DNA of 64,000 nucleotides from Curvularia clavata (Eukaryota): NCBI GenBank assembly GCA_023920165.1, contig CP089277.1, positions 3,038,001 to 3,102,000 of the forward strand, read 5' to 3'. Shown piece by piece: positions 63,719 to 64,000 of this stretch (position 1 is its first letter; each line of letters starts with the position of its first letter). The notes under the pieces were generated by a model. It saw only the letters and a program-made list of their open reading frames with translations, ran no database searches and was not told where the DNA came from. The position numbers and the translations under genes were made by a program.

Positions 63719-64000
63719 AGGAGCAAGGCAAATCATAGTTAACTATGCTGAATACGATGGAAAGAAACAAACACAAGACTATGAGTTAACAGCTGCTTTA
63801 TAAAAAACGATTTGAATGACATATGGTACATCTTCCTATCATTGCTAAGCGCTACGATAGATCTGAGCAAAACGATGAATCGTGTTTGTGCACAGCCAGG
63901 GAACGAGAGCTATGTCGTCTTCTAAAAATGGCCGATTGCATGCTTGTGGTCTTCCACGAAAGATGATACGGTAGCGAGAAAAACACCACTCCAATATCCT

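Overview
Gene-dense, intron-containing filamentous ascomycete DNA. The SNF1 protein closely resembles Cochliobolus/Alternaria-type orthologues as I recall them, so probably Pleosporales. About 29 protein-coding loci are supported. 0-17 kb and 26-36 kb are housekeeping genes (class I chitin synthase, LMW-PTP, SNF1, TOM70, ABZ2-like, SPC98, UPS1, WRS1). 17.9-25.9 kb holds a compact four-gene module: MFS transporter, hybrid C2H2+Zn2Cys6 regulator, FAD monooxygenase and PhyH-type dioxygenase, with a shared upstream motif. From ~40 kb to the window end lies a secondary-metabolite cluster with no PKS/NRPS in the window: FAD monooxygenase, BBE-like oxidase, UbiA prenyltransferase, EthD protein, two reductases, cupin, Zn2Cys6-like regulator, P450, aromatic amino-acid ammonia-lyase and a class I terpene synthase. 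This set points to a Phe/Tyr-derived prenylated hydroquinone/epoxycyclohexenone meroterpenoid. Several members are atypical: the lyase has a TAL-type His-Leu signature and appears to lack the shielding domain, the regulator has a degenerate zinc cluster, the P450 has Asn at the I-helix Thr, and the terpene synthase has an in-frame stop. Exon boundaries were inferred by eye from GT-AG/branch signals and protein motifs; no database searches were run.
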